A stretch of 64,000 bases of DNA from positions 82,985,324 through 83,049,323 of the forward strand of contig NC_057719.1 of the NCBI RefSeq assembly GCF_004010195.1, read 5' to 3'. Origin of the DNA: Chiloscyllium plagiosum. Its lineage: Eukaryota. The notes under the pieces are model-generated. The model made no database searches. It saw nothing but the letters and a program-made list of their open reading frames with translations, and was not told where the DNA came from. Made by a program: the position numbers and the translations under genes. Of this stretch, positions 61,508 to 64,000 are shown in pieces. How positions within the stretch are numbered: the first letter of the stretch is position 1; the number at the start of each line of letters is the position of its first letter.

Positions 61508-62024
61508 TTGAATAAATGGTCAGTAAGCCTTAACTTATTCTTTTACAAGCTTGTAATGCTGTGACATAAACCACGATTAAAAGCAGTATCTTAGTTCCCC
61601 TTATAGTCAGCTGTGAAGAGATACCATCCAGTACAGAATTAGATCATGAGGATGTGAAGTTTCTAAGCTCAATTTCCATTACCATATATAGTTGTGTAAA
61701 AGGTGAATTTTTAGACTTTTTTTTAAGGTTAAATTTATGGGGTCAACCATGGATACTACTTTTGAGGGACTGAAATTCAGGCTACAGTCCAAAATACCAT
61801 ATTATCAGCATAAGTCCAATTGATCTCTACACAAATAAAGAAAAAAAGCACAATGAATTATGATAATATCACTGTATTCCATCAGCGCTGCTGTTGATGT
61901 ATATTTTGTTCCACAAATTCAGATGACACAAGTTTCTTGTCAACTGTAGATGCTTTATTATCGGACAGCCGGTGAGAGATTCTCAATGTCCTCAAAAGTA
62001 GTCGTGTGTCTACTTGTGGTAACT

Positions 62025-62440
62025 CTTAGAGTCATAGAGATGTACAGCATGGAAACAGACCCTTCGGTCCAACCCGTCCATGCCGACCAGCTATCCCAAC
62101 CCAATCTAGTCCCACCTGCCAGCACCAGGCCCATATCCCTCTAAATCCTTCCTACTCATATACCCATCCANNNNNNNNNNNNNNNNNNNNNNNNNNNNNN
62201 NNNNNNNNNNNNNNNNNNNNNNNNNNNNNNNNTTGTAAATCTTTTCTGAACCCTTTCAAGTTTCACAACATCTTTCCGATAGGAAGGAGACCAGAATTGC
62301 ACGCAATATTCCACCAGTGGCCTAACCAATGTCCTGTACAGCTGCAACATGACCTCCCAACTCCTGTACTCAATACTCTGACCAATAAAGGAAAGCATAC
62401 CAAACGCCGCCTTCACTATCCTATCCACCTGCAACTCCAC
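62025..62440 (-). mobile_element. CR1/HER1 LINE fragment spanning an assembly gap (N at 62171-62232)
   Basis: LYRTLVRPLVEYCVQFWSPSYRKDVVKLERVQKRFT. Confidence 0.9.
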
Positions 62441-62444
62441 ACAC

Positions 62445-63013
62445 AAAGGCAGTACCTTTTGTAGGAATAATACAAAAAGTCTATAAGTCACATGGTTGAT
62501 TATCGTTACATTGTTCAAGATGGGCAATTATAATTTTATAAGGCCCGATGAACGTAGATGTCCTGCGATAACAAGTAAATGGATTACAGGGACTGATTAT
62601 CGTATTCTTCATGGTCTTGTGTTGATGGGAAGAGATTAAAACAGAAGGGTTTTGCCTGTTCTCAGTGGGGATTCACATACCTATGCTAATATGGAGAGGA
62701 AGCAAGATAATGGGAGCAGGAGGCAGTTTAACAGGATTGTGGCCAAGGCTATCAGTCTTGTCTGGGGAGGACAAATACCTTTGCCTCAGGCTGCAGAGGA
62801 ATCCACATGTGTGGCTCCAATGGATTCCTTCTCTAAGATTCAGTCAGCCTCCTCCCTACTGAGATTCTCTGTCTCTTCTGTAAGAGGACATACATAATTG
62901 ATACTGCAGTGAGTCTCTTTGGTAGTGGAATGTTTAACCCTTGAGTCCCCGGTATGCCTTGACAGAGAAGTAAAACATGGCACTGATCCCTTTGTGGCTT
63001 TCAAACTTTCTCA
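62445..63013 (-). mobile_element. Putative ERV 3' LTR
   Basis: Minus-strand purine tract agtaggagggaa immediately followed by TGagaaag at 63013, ~45 nt after the env stop. Distal boundary not identified. Confidence 0.4.
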
Positions 63014-63059
63014 TTCCCTCCTACTGATCATTCGATGATCAACCAGGTCCCCTCAGAAC

Positions 63060-64000
63060 CTAAAACGCAAACAACAGTGACCATAAGCACTGGAGCACTA
63101 GAATGCAGGCGATTACGATTAGTATTGTAATTCCGATATGTACCAGCAGGCTTCCCAGTCCTCCAAGAATGCCCCGTAGTGGCCACCGCTCCATGCCATT
63201 GTTAAACCCATTGTCAAGAGTTTGGAGAGTCTGGATTTGCTGTGTGATGTGTTTAGAGAGGTCAATGATGTTAGTGCACTCATCAGGGATGTAGGTGCAG
63301 TATTCCGCCCCAGCAATAGCACAGGTACCCACCCTCCTTAGCCAGCAGGAAGCCCAGGACCAAATGATTCTGGAGGGCCACAGTCCTAACTGCAAGTAGC
63401 TCTGCATTAATTTCAGTTAAAGCACGAGTCGTATCATTGGTAACCCTTTCCCACACGGTCCTGAGCTTACAAGGTTCTTGGGCATGTAAATAGATTCCCG
63501 TTGGGGAGAGAACATTCCCACCGAGGTGAGGAACCCAATGAGGGACCTTCTGGGTCTCAGGGGTGAGGGTAAGTTTTCCAAAACGTGAATGCAGAGTACA
63601 ACATACCCCATGTAACACGACCCCCCTCCAATCAGAGCGAAGCCAGAAACCTGCAAATGCAATATGTGCCACTGTAAGCTGTTAATGTGGAAACTGCACC
63701 CCCCCGGCCCACCACAGCCTGGGAGCAGGGTTATCCCAGAGGCAGCCTGATGTTCTGTTTGAGACAGCAGACCAATCAAATACAAAGAAGCCATATCCTG
63801 GTAAATTCTGAGTAGGTTTGACCCAGGGGATAGCGAAACAGAACTTACTCATCCCTGCATAAGTAGTTTGAGAAGGTTTCCCCTTCCCGCCTGAAACAAA
63901 TGGTGTCATTGACAGTGTTGTTGAGAACGACAAGGGAGAGAGGTCTATGCAATTGGTTGTAATTAGGTTGATAGCAGTCCCTGAATGAGGTCAGGTTGTA
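63060..64000 (-). pseudogene. Endogenous retrovirus gamma-type env remnant, frameshifted, continuing beyond the window
   Basis: SU C-terminal GTYCIC...W.GSCYMGYVV; furin site RPRR (63546-63557); fusion peptide SLIGFLTSVGMF; HR1 NDTTRALTEINAEL; ISD LQNHLVLGFLLAKEGG; CAIAGAEYC (CX6CC variant); TM anchor LLVHIGITILIVIACILVL; at least 3 frameshifts. Confidence 0.9.

Noticed and set aside
63060..63933. Domesticated syncytin-like env gene
   Set aside because: Multiple frameshifts and degenerate ISD and CX6CC motifs.

Overview
Vertebrate genomic DNA, very probably from a shark or ray, judging by the HE1/V-SINE, HER1/CR1, DeuSINE-like and Penelope repeats. The + strand carries the 3' two-thirds of a TAM-family receptor tyrosine kinase, best matching TYRO3. 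Twelve intact GT-AG exons (471-56869; 1715 nt in one continuous frame) encode FNIII domain 1, the transmembrane helix, the juxtamembrane region, a complete kinase and the C-tail. The signal and Ig exons lie upstream of the window. Main observation: I find no intact exons for the second FNIII domain in the gap-free 20.9 kb between the FNIII-1 and TM exons. Instead there are two decayed, frameshifted remnants in the expected order (~9716-9867 and 18704-18844), and the flanking exons join in frame. This suggests a TYRO3 that lost one FNIII domain by exon decay. The introns also hold many Penelope-derived palindromic elements with minimal hammerhead-ribozyme cores, a GIY-YIG Penelope fragment with internal tandem duplications, and a four-half-site nuclear-receptor element. 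Downstream lies a frameshifted gamma-type endogenous retrovirus env on the - strand. Repeat boundaries are approximate and read by eye. Comparisons with human TYRO3 are from memory and need database confirmation.
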